DNA of 63,738 bases, filler included, from Chrysochromulina tobinii (lineage: Eukaryota), in assembly GCA_001275005.1 (NCBI GenBank). It is 8 parts of 8 records of this genome, joined end to end, with 100 filler letters (N's around TTAATTAATTAA, not from the genome) between each part and the next. Parts side by side here need not be neighbours in the genome. Positions count along the whole stretch, not along the records: positions 3,809 to 12,427 come from JWZX01001145.1; positions 12,528 to 28,243 come from JWZX01001146.1; 6 more parts are not named here. The stretch is one strand, 5' to 3'. The position numbers and the translations under genes are program-made. The notes beneath the pieces were generated by a model. The model did not search any database. It worked only from the letters and a program-made list of their open reading frames with translations, and was not told where the DNA came from. Shown here one piece after another: positions 10,857 to 21,564 of the stretch (position 1 is the first letter of the stretch; each line of letters begins with the position of its first letter).

Positions 10857-12227
10857 CTACTCGTATGCCGCTCCTGTATGCGCAATACGCGCTAGCAGCC
10901 GATCAGCTGGGAATAATCCCGGACTGTAGCGGCCTTGGAGATCCTGACCGTCGACAAGGTGCCAAGTGAAGCCGCTTGTCCCTAGCACTCGCGACAGAAG
11001 TGCACGCGACTCTGCAAGCGCAAGCATCCGCCCAGGGCACATGCGCGGCCCGCCGCCGAAAGCCCAGTTCGGCGCGGCCCCCTGCGGCTTCCACCGAGAT
11101 GGATCGAAGGCATCCGGATCTGGATACGCTTTCGCATCTGCGAGCAGGGTGCCAGCATAGCCATACACGACCAGCGAGTTTGCGCTCACCTTGTATCCGC
11201 CCACCGCGAGGTCCTCTTTGCCAACGAGGCGCATCTGGAAGGGCGCAGGTGGGTTCCGCCGTTGTACCTCTGCCAGGAACGCATCAAGGGCTTCGTCAGC
11301 CTCATCCGCATCCCGTAGCGCTTGCCTGAGCTGCGCCTGGAGCGCCGGTGCAAGGGCGAGCTCTTTAAGGCTTGAGGTGAGGCCGGAGGCCGTCGTGTCC
11401 GACCCCGCGAAAAGCAGCGTCAGCACATTGTCAATAATCTCGTCCGTGTTGAGCGCGTTGCCATCGTCGTCCTTAGCCGCGGTGAGGCGGCCCAGGAGAC
11501 TGCTGCTCGAACCTGAGCCTGCGTGCATTCTCGCTCGCTCCGCTGTGATCAACGGCTCAAGCCGTGCCTTGATGCGACGGCGTGCACGCATTGCACGCGC
11601 AGCAGATGACCATGGTAGGAAGAATAGGGGCGGCGCCACGAGGCCCTCTCCCCAAAGTTTCAGGTCGGCTGCGAGGTTTGCGACCTCCTCAGAGTCACCA
11701 TCGCCCCCTAGGAGCACCTGGATCCCGGCGCGGAGTGCAAACCGCCGCATCTCATCGGCGAGCGCCACCACTCTTTCGTCGCCGGCTTGCTGTAAGCAGC
11801 GCGCAACACACTCCTCGACGGCGGCATCAATTGTGGCTGCGCATGCTTTGACTGCTGCAGGAGTAAGAGATTGGCCAACTAGCCGGCGTAGCTGGGAGTG
11901 TCGAGGACCGGAGTTGACGAGCAGCGAGGCGGAGCCGAAGAGCACCTTCTGCTGTGGCGGGAAGAAGGCAGTCATTGGCTTCTGACCTTCCTCTTTGGCA
12001 AGGTCTGACAGTGCGTCGGCTCCTGTCACCACAACTGCGTCTTTGAACAGCAGCCGTGTGCACCACACTGGGCCGAGAGTGTTGGCCCTGTCAACTTGAT
12101 ACGAAGCCATAGTCTTTGGTGAAAGAAGGCTGAGCGTGTCACCGAGGATGGGTAGTCCACGATGGCGCGGTGGCAGCGGCATGATGATGGCACCAGCTGG
12201 CATCATCACCATTAGTGACATCGCCAT
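10857..12227 (-). CDS. Cytochrome P450 (CYP120-like appearance)
   Basis: GLPILGDT, I-helix LLFAGSDTTAS, ExxR (EVQR), FDPSRW and heme ligand FGGGPRMCPG. Confidence 0.93.
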   Translation of the reverse strand: MAMSLMVMMPAGAIIMPLPPRHRGLPILGDTLSLLSPKTMASYQVDRANTLGPVWCTRLLFKDAVVVTGADALSDLAKEEGQKPMTAFFPPQQKVLFGSASLLVNSGPRHSQLRRLVGQSLTPAAVKACAATIDAAVEECVARCLQQAGDERVVALADEMRRFALRAGIQVLLGGDGDSEEVANLAADLKLWGEGLVAPPLFFLPWSSAARAMRARRRIKARLEPLITAERARMHAGSGSSSSLLGRLTAAKDDDGNALNTDEIIDNVLTLLFAGSDTTASGLTSSLKELALAPALQAQLRQALRDADEADEALDAFLAEVQRRNPPAPFQMRLVGKEDLAVGGYKVSANSLVVYGYAGTLLADAKAYPDPDAFDPSRWKPQGAAPNWAFGGGPRMCPGRMLALAESRALLSRVLGTSGFTWHLVDGQDLQGRYSPGLFPADRLLARIAHTGAAYE

Positions 12228-12427
12228 TACTTGTAGCGAAAGATCATGCTGGTCAGGTTAGTGCTGCTGCTGCTGTGAAACACAAACGCGCACACGCTCC
12301 GGGCCCCCAAGCACGAGGGCCTCTATCGCAATGGACGGAGGTGTGACCGACGGGCCCCGTCTACGACAACACATCGTAACAGGACTACACAATCGGTGGT
12401 AGATATGGCGAGGCAACACCTCACCAC

Positions 12428-12527
12428 NNNNNNNNNNNNNNNNNNNNNNNNNNNNNNNNNNNNNNNNNNNNTTAATTAATTAANNNNNNNNNNNNNNNNN
12501 NNNNNNNNNNNNNNNNNNNNNNNNNNN
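12428..12527. other. Artificial contig linker
   Basis: N44-TTAATTAATTAA-N44. Confidence 0.99.
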
Positions 12528-12529
12528 TG

Positions 12530-13930
12530 GAGGAGTTGAATGACTCGTTGGCCACGTTGGCCATCATCGATAGCTCCTGCATCCCATTATTACGGTGTGA
12601 TACCGTTGAACTGCTCCAACTCTTCCTGAGACCATGGGCTGATAATCCTGAGATGGGGGCTAGGGGAATTCAGAGAGAGCTCGCCAACACGGTGATGAGC
12701 TGGGCCGATATCAAGCGCGGCCGTGACCTTTTCGTGCCCGGCTTGTCCAGCTTCAACATCCCGAATGCAGTCAACGCGGTGTTTGAATTTCAAGACCAAG
12801 TCCAAAGCCTGCTCGATCCAAAGCCTTGGACTTTGGATCCAGAGAAGAAAAGGTGCCCGCACCAGCGTGGGCTCCCCCGCTGTCTCCGAATTCTCTGTCC
12901 CCGCAGTGGCTGGCCCCGCCGGCCGCGCACCCACCCGCGCCTCTCGTCCGAGCTTTCACATCCAGAGCTGCTCTTCCTCGGGGACAATCTGGTTGGCGCT
13001 CGAGAATTGAACGGCGAAGAATGGCGAGCCAAGGAGCTGAGCATCTGGATGAGCGTTAGCGTGTGCATCATCACCCCGCACACCCTTCGCACCTTTGGTC
13101 ACTTCCCTGCGCTTCTGCCTAGAAGATCAGTCCACGATCAAGAGGATCCCCTGCGATTCATTACGGGGGCCCTGCGACACGCCTATTACGAGTACGACGA
13201 CGACCAACCACGGTATCCGCGTTTTAATCATCGTACGCTCTCTTGGTCATCTTGGGAAACCGTCTCGAGGGTCCTGGCGATGCACCGCGAGAGCCCGCCA
13301 TTCAAGCATTTCGTGAGATACGCCGCCTGGTGGGTCGATCCGGTCAATGTCCACGTACTCGATGAGTTGGATCGGGCTCGCGCGCGGTTCGAGTTTGCGG
13401 AACCAAGGCGGTGGGCGCAAGCATGGCCTGAAGGCGGCGAGTCGATGCAACCCCCGACGCTGCTCAATCGCATGCGCGAGCTCAACTTACTGCGCCAGCT
13501 CGGTCCAGACGTGGGGCACTACTCCCACTTAGACTCGCTCAAGGACCCGATAGCCCAGCCCTCTAGCGCCCACGTCCTACGCGTCCTACGCAACAGGCAT
13601 ACCGTTGCAAAGGTGAGCAAGGAGCTGAACAACTGCGCGATGAGCTATGCCAAGCGAGTAGAACGTGGCAAGTACGTCCTTGTGGCAATCGTGGATGCCA
13701 CTGGCAAAGCCAAGGCGCTCGCTGGGTATGAGCCCGGCGATGAATCTTGGAGCCATAAGCCCGTGGAGAAGAACAACGTTTCTGCTTCCGAGGAAACGTG
13801 CGCGCTGTTCGACGACTACCTTTCTGTGTTGACAGCCTGGAGCAGGCTTCCAATGTCGCTCAATGCTATCGACGACGACGACGACGACGAGGATCGCTTC
13901 TACATCGACGATGACGACGATGACTTCTAA
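12530..13930 (+). CDS. Hypothetical protein with a C-terminal PcfJ-like domain and acidic tail; 5' partial
   Basis: The ORF is open from the contig edge. VLRNRHTVAKVSKELNNCAMSYAKRVERGKYVLVAI resembles the PcfJ motif (E...M/LxHCVxxY...V..G...I). It ends in a poly-Asp tail. Confidence 0.55.
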   Translation, partial: EELNDSLATLAIIDSSCIPLLRCDTVELLQLFLRPWADNPEMGARGIQRELANTVMSWADIKRGRDLFVPGLSSFNIPNAVNAVFEFQDQVQSLLDPKPWTLDPEKKRCPHQRGLPRCLRILCPRSGWPRRPRTHPRLSSELSHPELLFLGDNLVGARELNGEEWRAKELSIWMSVSVCIITPHTLRTFGHFPALLPRRSVHDQEDPLRFITGALRHAYYEYDDDQPRYPRFNHRTLSWSSWETVSRVLAMHRESPPFKHFVRYAAWWVDPVNVHVLDELDRARARFEFAEPRRWAQAWPEGGESMQPPTLLNRMRELNLLRQLGPDVGHYSHLDSLKDPIAQPSSAHVLRVLRNRHTVAKVSKELNNCAMSYAKRVERGKYVLVAIVDATGKAKALAGYEPGDESWSHKPVEKNNVSASEETCALFDDYLSVLTAWSRLPMSLNAIDDDDDDEDRFYIDDDDDDF

Positions 13931-14442
13931 GACGACAAGCTACTGTTGACTTTTGAGCTGCTAACTGCTGTCGATGTGTCGAGCTCTTTCTGATCGCTGG
14001 CACCTCTCTGATTTCACACTACGAGCTGGGACCGGGGGGTGACGCGTGATGCAAGCATGAGTACAAGCATGGTTATGGCGGATAACTGGTGTGTATACTT
14101 TCGTTGTCGCATCAGCGGTCTGTCACCCACATCGCAGGAGGCATGTCATGACGGCTTGACGGGGTCCCCTTGACGGGATCATACTATCTGATTGACGCCT
14201 GTCAACACTCGACGAGCTCAGTGTCTCGACGGGGGGGGTGAAACAACCGTGTTCGTGTGTGAATAGATGTGGGGGGCTGTGGCCGATCATCGTGTGGTCG
14301 CGTGGCCGTCCTGACTTGCCTTTCTGGGGTAAGTTTCGTTGGCGCAACAAGAAAGGTTTTTCCCGATCTTGGTCCGTGTGACTGGACGGGCGCGACCTCA
14401 AAGGTGGCCCTCGTCTTTGTACCTCTGCACAGTGGTGCCAGT

Positions 14443-14500
14443 GTACGTCTCAGTGGAGACTAGTACGTCTCAGTGGAGACTAGTACGTCTCAGTGGAGAC
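14443..14500. repeat. Three tandem 20-bp units TAGTACGTCTCAGTGGAGAC
   Basis: Directly visible (the first unit lacks the leading TA). Each unit contains the inverted repeat GTCTC-AGTG-GAGAC. Confidence 0.9.
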
Positions 14501-14517
14501 TTTAACCCAACATCAGT

Positions 14518-14997
14518 ATGTCAACTACTGGCTCTCAAATGGTAGATGTGGGCACGCGCATCTCGGAGCTCAGCGAGGCACTCGCTGCGCGCTTCGACCG
14601 GCTGGAGGGGTCGCTGCAGGAGACACACGAATCCATCCAAAAGATGAGCATCACCACGGCGGAGGTCATGGCGGAGGTGCACTCGGTGGCCGCGTCCCTC
14701 GCGTCGCTCGAGGAGCGCCTCACTCCGCTCGAGTCGAACGCGGCCACCGCCGCCAACGGCATCGGAGTCCTCTGTGAGCTCGTCAAGACTTCGGGGCTGC
14801 TGTCGAATGCGAGTGCCGAGTCGCTGCGCCGCCTCGACGACTTCACAGGCGCGAAGCGCACGGAGCCGACGACGAGGATGCTACCGGCGCCGGCCGCCCA
14901 GTTGCTGCCCTCGCCGCTGAGCGTGCCGGCGCCCCAGCTCCATGCCATGCCCTCGTTCATGAGCGCCATCATGACCCCCTCACCTATGAATGGCTGA
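14518..14997 (+). CDS. Short coiled-coil protein (resembles the DUF1664 C-terminal part)
   Basis: A GC3-rich coding-like ORF with a heptad pattern ending LESNAATAANGIGVLCELV. The true 5' end is uncertain. Confidence 0.55.
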   Translation: MSTTGSQMVDVGTRISELSEALAARFDRLEGSLQETHESIQKMSITTAEVMAEVHSVAASLASLEERLTPLESNAATAANGIGVLCELVKTSGLLSNASAESLRRLDDFTGAKRTEPTTRMLPAPAAQLLPSPLSVPAPQLHAMPSFMSAIMTPSPMNG

Positions 14998-15300
14998 ATG
15001 AACACCTGCACGACTTTTGCGCGAGTCACGGGCGGACGGCGGAGTGCAGCCCATTGGTAGCCCATTGGCGCCCCGCTTGCGTTTTGAGGGACGATGCGTG
15101 AACTCTTAGCCTTCTGCGTACCGGTCACACAGGGGGCGGCCTCCGAGTCGGCCGCGGGGAGCGGTCGGCTCCGGGGCTGGAGCGGCCGTTGAGTCGGCCG
15201 CTGATTCGGTCGTTCGCGGTCGCTCCCGGGTGCGTTGGTGGGTTGGGATGCTTGTGAGGTTCGTCTGTGTGATCCGTGTGCCCGTGTGTGTCCCGGCTCC

Positions 15301-15350
15301 CCCCGGTGTCTTTTTACCGGTCACCCCCGGTGTCTTTTTACCGGTCACCC
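15301..15350. repeat. Tandem duplication of CCCCGGTGTCTTTTTACCGGTCA
   Basis: Two adjacent copies upstream of the Deg protease gene. Confidence 0.8.
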
Positions 15351-15487
15351 CAAAGAGAATTAACAGTCAATTCACACGTGTCCGATCGGCTTTTTTGTGT
15401 CTTGACGCGAAGCAGCCGATCGATCGCCGGGCGCAAAACTGACCGCTTGGAGGCACCTGGGCACGCGCACATTCAGTGAGCGCCGGG

Positions 15488-16828
15488 ATGCTGATATCCG
15501 CCGTTGGCCTTGCACTCGCGTTCACGTTGATCACGCCTCAGGCGAGCCGCGCAGCACCGACGCGTCGCTCGTCCGTGAGTCTCAGTTTCGATGGCCTGGA
15601 CAGGCTCAGCGTCGGCGAGCTCAAGTCCTTGCTCACCGAGCGCGGCATCGACTTTCGCGACTGCCTGGAGAAGAGGGACCTAGTGGAACGGCTCGCAACA
15701 AGCGACGCCCCGAGCAGCAGCAGCCGACGTGGGTACGGCTTCGCCAACGGTATGACCGAATCCGAGGCTCGCACGGTCGATGTGTTCAGCCGCGTGTCGC
15801 CTGCGGTAGCCTACATTCAAGTGGCTCAGCTGGCGTCTGCCGGATTCTCGCCCAAGCCAATGGAGATGCCTGCGGGTGCAGGGTCCGGGTTCGTGTGGGA
15901 TATGCAGGGCCACATCGTGACCAATTTCCACGTGGTGTCGGGCGGCCAACGGGCGCTGCGGGAAGTGCCACGTCGCGTCAGGGTGAGCCTGTCGGGAGGA
16001 GAAAAGCAGATTGACGCCGAGGTCATCGGCTACGAAGAGGACAAGGACATTGCCGTGCTCAAGATCGATCGGGGCGCGGTCCCCTTCGTCCCCGTCGAGG
16101 TGGGCACCTCCTCCGATCTGAGGGTAGGCCAGACTGTCTTGGCCATCGGCAACCCGTTCGGTCTCGACTACACGCTGACCACCGGGGTGGTCTCGGCGCT
16201 CGGTCGGGAAGTGCAGGGGGTGAGCGGCCGTCCGATCAAGGGCTGCATCCAGACGGACGCCGCCATCAACCCAGGCAATAGCGGTGGACCGCTGCTCGAC
16301 TCACGCGGGAGGCTCATCGGCGTCAACACGGCCATCTACGCTCCGGGCGGCACGGGGGGCAACGTGGGCATCGGCTTCGCTGTGCCAGTGGACACTGTGC
16401 GTCGCGTGGTGAACCAGATCATTCGCTACGGCCCCAACACGCGCCCAACACTCGGCATCAATGTGCTCGACGACGCGCTGCGCGTGCAGCTCGCGCGCAG
16501 CTTGCGCAGGCCGTTGGACGGCGCGCTTGTCGTCGAGGTGATCCAAGGCAGCCCAGCGGCCGCTGCGGGTCTGCAGCCTTCGGAGCGCACGCCGTTTGGC
16601 GAGACGGTTGTGGGAGATCTGATCACGGCGGTTGGCAGCGTGCGCATCTCTCAGAACGAGGACCTGCTGTGCGCGGTGGAGGAGGCGGAGCCGGACCGGC
16701 CACTCGAGCTGACGATTGCTCGGGGCGGCGATTCGCGACGCACGCAGAAGCTGACGGTGACCCCGGTGGCGCGCAAGTCGGTCCGTGCGGCAGGAACTGG
16801 CATGGGCGGGACGCGTTGGGGACGCTGA
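15488..16828 (+). CDS. DegP/HtrA serine protease (Deg1/Deg8-like) with PDZ domain and N-terminal SAP-like motif; probably plastid-targeted
   Basis: GSGFVWD..GHIVTNFHVV, DKDIAVLKI, AIGNPFGLDYTLTTGVVSALGR and IQTDAAINPGNSGGPLLDS, then a PDZ domain. It has a signal peptide with an AF motif and the segment LSVGELKSLLTERGIDFRDCLEKRDLV. Confidence 0.95.
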   Translation: MLISAVGLALAFTLITPQASRAAPTRRSSVSLSFDGLDRLSVGELKSLLTERGIDFRDCLEKRDLVERLATSDAPSSSSRRGYGFANGMTESEARTVDVFSRVSPAVAYIQVAQLASAGFSPKPMEMPAGAGSGFVWDMQGHIVTNFHVVSGGQRALREVPRRVRVSLSGGEKQIDAEVIGYEEDKDIAVLKIDRGAVPFVPVEVGTSSDLRVGQTVLAIGNPFGLDYTLTTGVVSALGREVQGVSGRPIKGCIQTDAAINPGNSGGPLLDSRGRLIGVNTAIYAPGGTGGNVGIGFAVPVDTVRRVVNQIIRYGPNTRPTLGINVLDDALRVQLARSLRRPLDGALVVEVIQGSPAAAAGLQPSERTPFGETVVGDLITAVGSVRISQNEDLLCAVEEAEPDRPLELTIARGGDSRRTQKLTVTPVARKSVRAAGTGMGGTRWGR

Positions 16829-17311
16829 AAGGCGGTAGAAGCGCAGCGATCGACGAATGCTAGTAGATGATTGTGCGAAGTAGATGTGAAGAGCGAACAC
16901 GACAGGGTGTGCAGATGAAGTTGGACAGACTACCCCCCCCCCCCCTGCGGCGGCGCGCGCGCGCGCGGCAGAAATCAACCACTAGGAAATTCCTAATTAG
17001 TGTGCTTGGGACCCGCGGTCTCTGTGGCGTCGCGCATTCGCGTGCCGCACGCGAGACACGCTCATCACTTTCCCGCGTGCTGGGAGAGAGTGACCGATAC
17101 CTCACTGAGCAGCAATCTAGCATAATGGAGTGAACCGAGAGAGCGAGTATACTCAGTACTTGTGTTGACCGAGGGGTGCGGAGCCGTCCTTTGAGACGTG
17201 GTGGGGAGCGCGGGGGGACCGCGATGAAAGTGACTGACGTACCGGTACCTGTGGGCGTGAATGATTTCACAGTCGCAGAAGAAACGAAGGCGAACTTGAC
17301 TTTGGTCCAGC

Positions 17312-18406
17312 ATGAAAACAGGACCCGCGTCTGTGGTCCGCGACGATGAGCTGCGACACAGAGGCTGTGGCAAGGTTCCATTGCCCGGCGTTGCCGAAGA
17401 TGTTAGGCATTGGCAGCGCGCTGATCAAGATAACTGTACGTGCTCTGGCGATTCCAAGTACTGCACCCTCAAGATGCCTAGGCAGGGCCTCTCACGAATT
17501 GTGCTGTCGGCACCTCGAGGCGATATTCCGGCATACCCCGTCTTTGAGATCGACGGCGGCGTGTACGGGCGATTGCATTCGGTGCTGGCACCAAGGAATG
17601 GGCGCCGCCCAGGGAATGAGCCCATCAAGAATTGGATCGATGTGGGAGCCAATCTGGGAGTTCTCTCAATAGCGCTGGCACTCGCCAACCCAGCAGCGGT
17701 TGGCTGGGCTTACGAGCCCAACCCCGCGACCTTTGCCTACTTGCGTGCCAACATTGCGGCCAATGGCCTCGAAGGGCGCCTCCACGCCGTAAACGCTGGC
17801 GTGACTCGAAATGGTCGCCCGATCTTCATGCCTGAGTGTGTCATAAAGAACCCGGGTGGCAGCCAGATGGCCACGACTCAATGGCACAACGGCAGGACGA
17901 CCCAATCGTGCTTCAGCCAGGCCTGCAAGGCCAAGATGGCGGGCATTGCAGCGTGCATGAGGGAGAATCCGAGGATGACTCGGATTCCCTCCGTGACGCT
18001 CGACGACGCCTTTGCCGCCGCGGGCGTTCTACTGAACGCAAGTACCAGCAGCAGCAGTAGCGACAGCAGCCAAGGCGACACGGGCACGATCGAGGTCGGC
18101 AAACACCGCCACGGGGAGCAACTCGATTTCCTCAAGGTCGACTGCGAAGGCTGCGAGCATGAGGTCATGAGCCAGATAGAGGCGGCCAAAACCACGCTCA
18201 AGGTGCTGAAAATCACCGGCGAGTGCCATCGACTCAGTGGGTTAACCAACGAGGCAGCCGAAGCGTGCCTCCGCGTGCTGCGAGGTGAGACTTGCAGATG
18301 GGGTGTCTCCGCGTACATGACATGCAACGGACGTGCCCGAAGCAACGGACTGCCGAAACGTGCTGAAGCAATAACGAAGGCGGCAATCCGCGGCGAAAAG
18401 GCTTGA
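17312..18406 (+). CDS. FkbM-family SAM-dependent methyltransferase
   Basis: WIDVGANLG, AYEPNPATFAYLRANIAANG, VTLDD and DFLKVDCEGCE. Confidence 0.88.
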   Translation: MKTGPASVVRDDELRHRGCGKVPLPGVAEDVRHWQRADQDNCTCSGDSKYCTLKMPRQGLSRIVLSAPRGDIPAYPVFEIDGGVYGRLHSVLAPRNGRRPGNEPIKNWIDVGANLGVLSIALALANPAAVGWAYEPNPATFAYLRANIAANGLEGRLHAVNAGVTRNGRPIFMPECVIKNPGGSQMATTQWHNGRTTQSCFSQACKAKMAGIAACMRENPRMTRIPSVTLDDAFAAAGVLLNASTSSSSSDSSQGDTGTIEVGKHRHGEQLDFLKVDCEGCEHEVMSQIEAAKTTLKVLKITGECHRLSGLTNEAAEACLRVLRGETCRWGVSAYMTCNGRARSNGLPKRAEAITKAAIRGEKA

Positions 18407-19042
18407 TCGGTGATAGAACAATTGAATACGACGCGCTCGAGACGCCAGACGCGACGGGCCCTGCCAATGTGCCTGTTCGCTCTTGTCGCGAGTCGCGTTT
18501 GGAAGATCGTCGGATCAAGACGTTCATTTGGTAATCGTAGGCGACGATCCGATCCCCGCGCCACGATCGTCCGGATGCCGTGGCTTTGCCGTGGGCCCGT
18601 GGCTCGTCTGACGTTATCTCCCCGCCCCCGCGGAATCTGCTGTCTATCGTGTCAGTGCGCGTGACTCTGAAACCACGAAAGGAAGTAAACGTTCACACGC
18701 GGTACGGGCGGCATAAAAGTACGTTATATTCGCTTACCTCCTCGACCATGAACCATCGGCATCGCGCCCGCGACGCCGACGGGCCGCCCGACGGGGGCGC
18801 GAGCCGCGAGCGCCGCAGACGCCGCACGCGCGGTTTCCGAACATCGGATGCGGAGGTGGACGGCGGCCGCGTGCTGTGTGTGCGGCGAGCCGGCCACCGT
18901 GTTTCGTGGCCCCCGAATCTCGACGACACATGGCACACATTGACCGCGCTCTTTATTGATTAGTACCGCGCGGGGGATGCGGCGACGTAAACACGCCAAG
19001 ACCACCGATGCGCGCGTGCTCCGCGTCTTCATAGTGGCGCCT

Positions 19043-19514
19043 TCACGCGTCGTCATTGTCGTCGTCGTCGTCGTCGTCACTGCCGCCAGCGGCGGCCATC
19101 GCCTGTCGACGGATGTTGGACTTGTACTCAGCCATCTCGCGCTCGTAACGCGCCTTGTCGGCGGCGGCCTTGTCGTCCCACTCGACGCGCGCGGCCGCGT
19201 TCATCTCCTTCCATTTGGCGCCGCACCACTTGCCAATGTCGCCGATGCTCGCGCCGTTGCCAAGGGCCTCCTTGGCAATCGTGCGCCCTGCCGCATTCAT
19301 CCAGAGCATGTAAGCCGACTGGCCGCGCTTGGGCTCATTCGCGTCCTTCTTGGCGCGCTTCTTCTTCGGCTTCTTCTCGAGCAAGGGATTCTTGCTCGAG
19401 CCGGCGGGCTCCTTGCCCTTCTTCTTGGGTGGCGACTCTACCGGTGCGTCCGACTCATCCTCCTCGCTCGAGGCCTCCTTCTTGCGCTTCTTAGGTGGAG
19501 GCGCCGCCTTCTCA

Positions 19515-19553
<39 letters not shown>

Positions 19554-19663
19554 TCGCCGCCCTTCTTCTTCTTCTTGAACGCGCGCTCGTCGTCCTCCTC
19601 GCTGCCCTCGTCGTACTCCTCATCCACGTCCGACTCGTCGCCACCCTTGAAGTCCTCGTCATC

Positions 19664-19696
<33 letters not shown>

Positions 19697-21348
19697 CATC
19701 ATCGCCTCCTTCGTCGCCTCCCGCTCGGCCTTGAGCCTGGCCGTGTAAGGGTCGTCATCGTCATCGCCCTCAGCCACATCGTCGCCGTAGCTGGCCGACG
19801 CGATGTTCTTGATGCGGATGTTCTTCGTCTTCAGGAAGCGGAAGAGCTCCTTGTACTCGGAGCGTTGCAAGTTGACGAATTCCTGTTTCGGCAGCCCCTC
19901 CTTCATGTGCACCGTGATGTCGAACGTGCGCACCTGCGCCTGCTGCTGCTTGGCGTCCACGCGGTTGAACTCGATGGACGCAACCTTCTCAAACTCGATG
20001 AGTAACGGCTTGTTCGACATGAAGAAGAACTCCTTGCTGAGCGGGTACAGGAAGCCTTCGGCCGCCTTGAGGGAGCAGCGAATGGATTTGGAACGCCCGT
20101 CGGCATTATCGCCGTTGAAGCCGCCCGCCTTGATGCCCGAGACCTTCTTCTTGGTGAAGGCGGCCAGCACCTTGGCCACCACGCCGGGCATGTCGCCGCT
20201 CTCAAACTTGTCGAGCTTGTCGCCAAAGCGCGCGGTGCACTCCGCCTCGCTCAGCGCGACCTCGAGCTCGAGGGGAGCCTCCTTGGGCAGCTGCAGCACG
20301 ATGTGCGGGTACGAGGTGGCGCCCTGGCGCAACGGGTGCTCGAGGGCAATGCACAGCGCCATGTGGTACCCGTCGGGCTTGGGCAGCAGGTAGAGCGCCG
20401 AGACAGCCGTGTACATAATCTTGTAATCGTTGCTCTTGCCGAACAGCTTCATAAACTTGTCGCACAGCTCGAGCTCGAAGCGGCCGCGCGGCACCTGCAC
20501 TTGAATATCCGGAAGCGTGGCGAGCGTGGCGCCCGCCACATCGAGGTCGCCGCTCTGCTTGACCAGCGCCACGAAGCCCTCGGCGGGGGTGCCGTCCACG
20601 TCCGCCGCCTCGTCGCCCGTGGACTGCGGCAGATGGAAGCGCAGCTCGACGAGCATCTCGTCCTCGGGCAGAGCCGTGTCGTCGGCGACCATCTCAAGGA
20701 TCGCCTCGTTTTTCTGCACGGTCGCCTGCGCGACGTCAGTCAGCGGCACCTCGAGCGTCTGCTTGCCCTCCACGTTGAAGCTCACGTTGCCACCCTCAAC
20801 GATGGCCTGACCCCAGTTCCAGCCCTTGTACGAAAGGTGCGCGTCCTCAAACTCGAGGCCGAAGGCCTCCTTCGCGAATTCGCGAATGGTGTCCTTGTCC
20901 GTGGAGCGGAAGCCATTGAACTTGTGCACGAAGCCTCCCTTGACGCGCAGCTTTAGCTGGTACGCGTGCGGGATCTTGATCCCACTCTGCCGAGCGCAAG
21001 TCAGCCTTGGGGATGACGAGAGGCGAGCCACCCTGCTTGGACTTCCACCCGAAGCCGTCGGCATGGACGCGGAGCTGCCCAATAGACTCATCACGGTGCG
21101 CATTCTTGCCACCAAGCACGATGTTGCCAAACTGGCGCGCATAGAAGGGGCGTGTGTGGAGTGCAGTGAGAAAGGCATGGAGAGCGCTCGGTGAAGCGCT
21201 GCAGCGCACTCGAGGAGCAGAGCAGGAATCGCGGTTCGACGAGAGCGAGCAGCGCGAGCGCGTGCCGCAGAGCACGCCGCCGCAGGCAGCCGCACAGCTG
21301 TTGCATTACCTGGTGGGCCTCAGGGCCGCCGGTCGCTGCCGCCGCCAT
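19043..21348 (-). CDS. SSRP1: FACT complex subunit SSRP1 (with HMG box)
   Basis: KGWNWG, PRGRFEL, PLRQGATSYPHIVLQ, CSLKAAEGFLYPL, acidic linker and HMG box PKRGQSAYMLW. Exon 1 is 21348-21310 and the intron is 21309-21132 (GTAATG...CCAG). An extra base in the run at 20981-20983 shifts the frame, probably a homopolymer error. Confidence 0.95.
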
Positions 21349-21564
21349 CTTGCCGCGAAGCGGAGCGCGCGATGTTTCACACCTCTCATTCCCAAAAGGT
21401 TTTACCAAGGAGCTGGCGAGCCCCATGGTTTGACGCTCGGGCAATGTTGCTTCGAAATAATTTCTCCAAAAAATCCCTCAGTTGGATGAGAAAGGGTTCA
21501 CAGATAAGGCGCGTGGTCCGCACCAGGAGGCTACACGAGTTCTGCTGCTGCGACCCGCCGCAAA
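21349..21564. promoter_or_regulatory. Probable bidirectional promoter between SSRP1 and the SAPS gene
   Basis: About 216-nt, comparatively AT-rich gap between two divergent start codons. The call rests on position only. Confidence 0.5.

Noticed and set aside
20981..20983. Frameshift in SSRP1 (pseudogene or programmed frameshift)
   Set aside because: It is a single extra base in a short homopolymer of an otherwise intact, normally essential gene, most simply a sequencing error.
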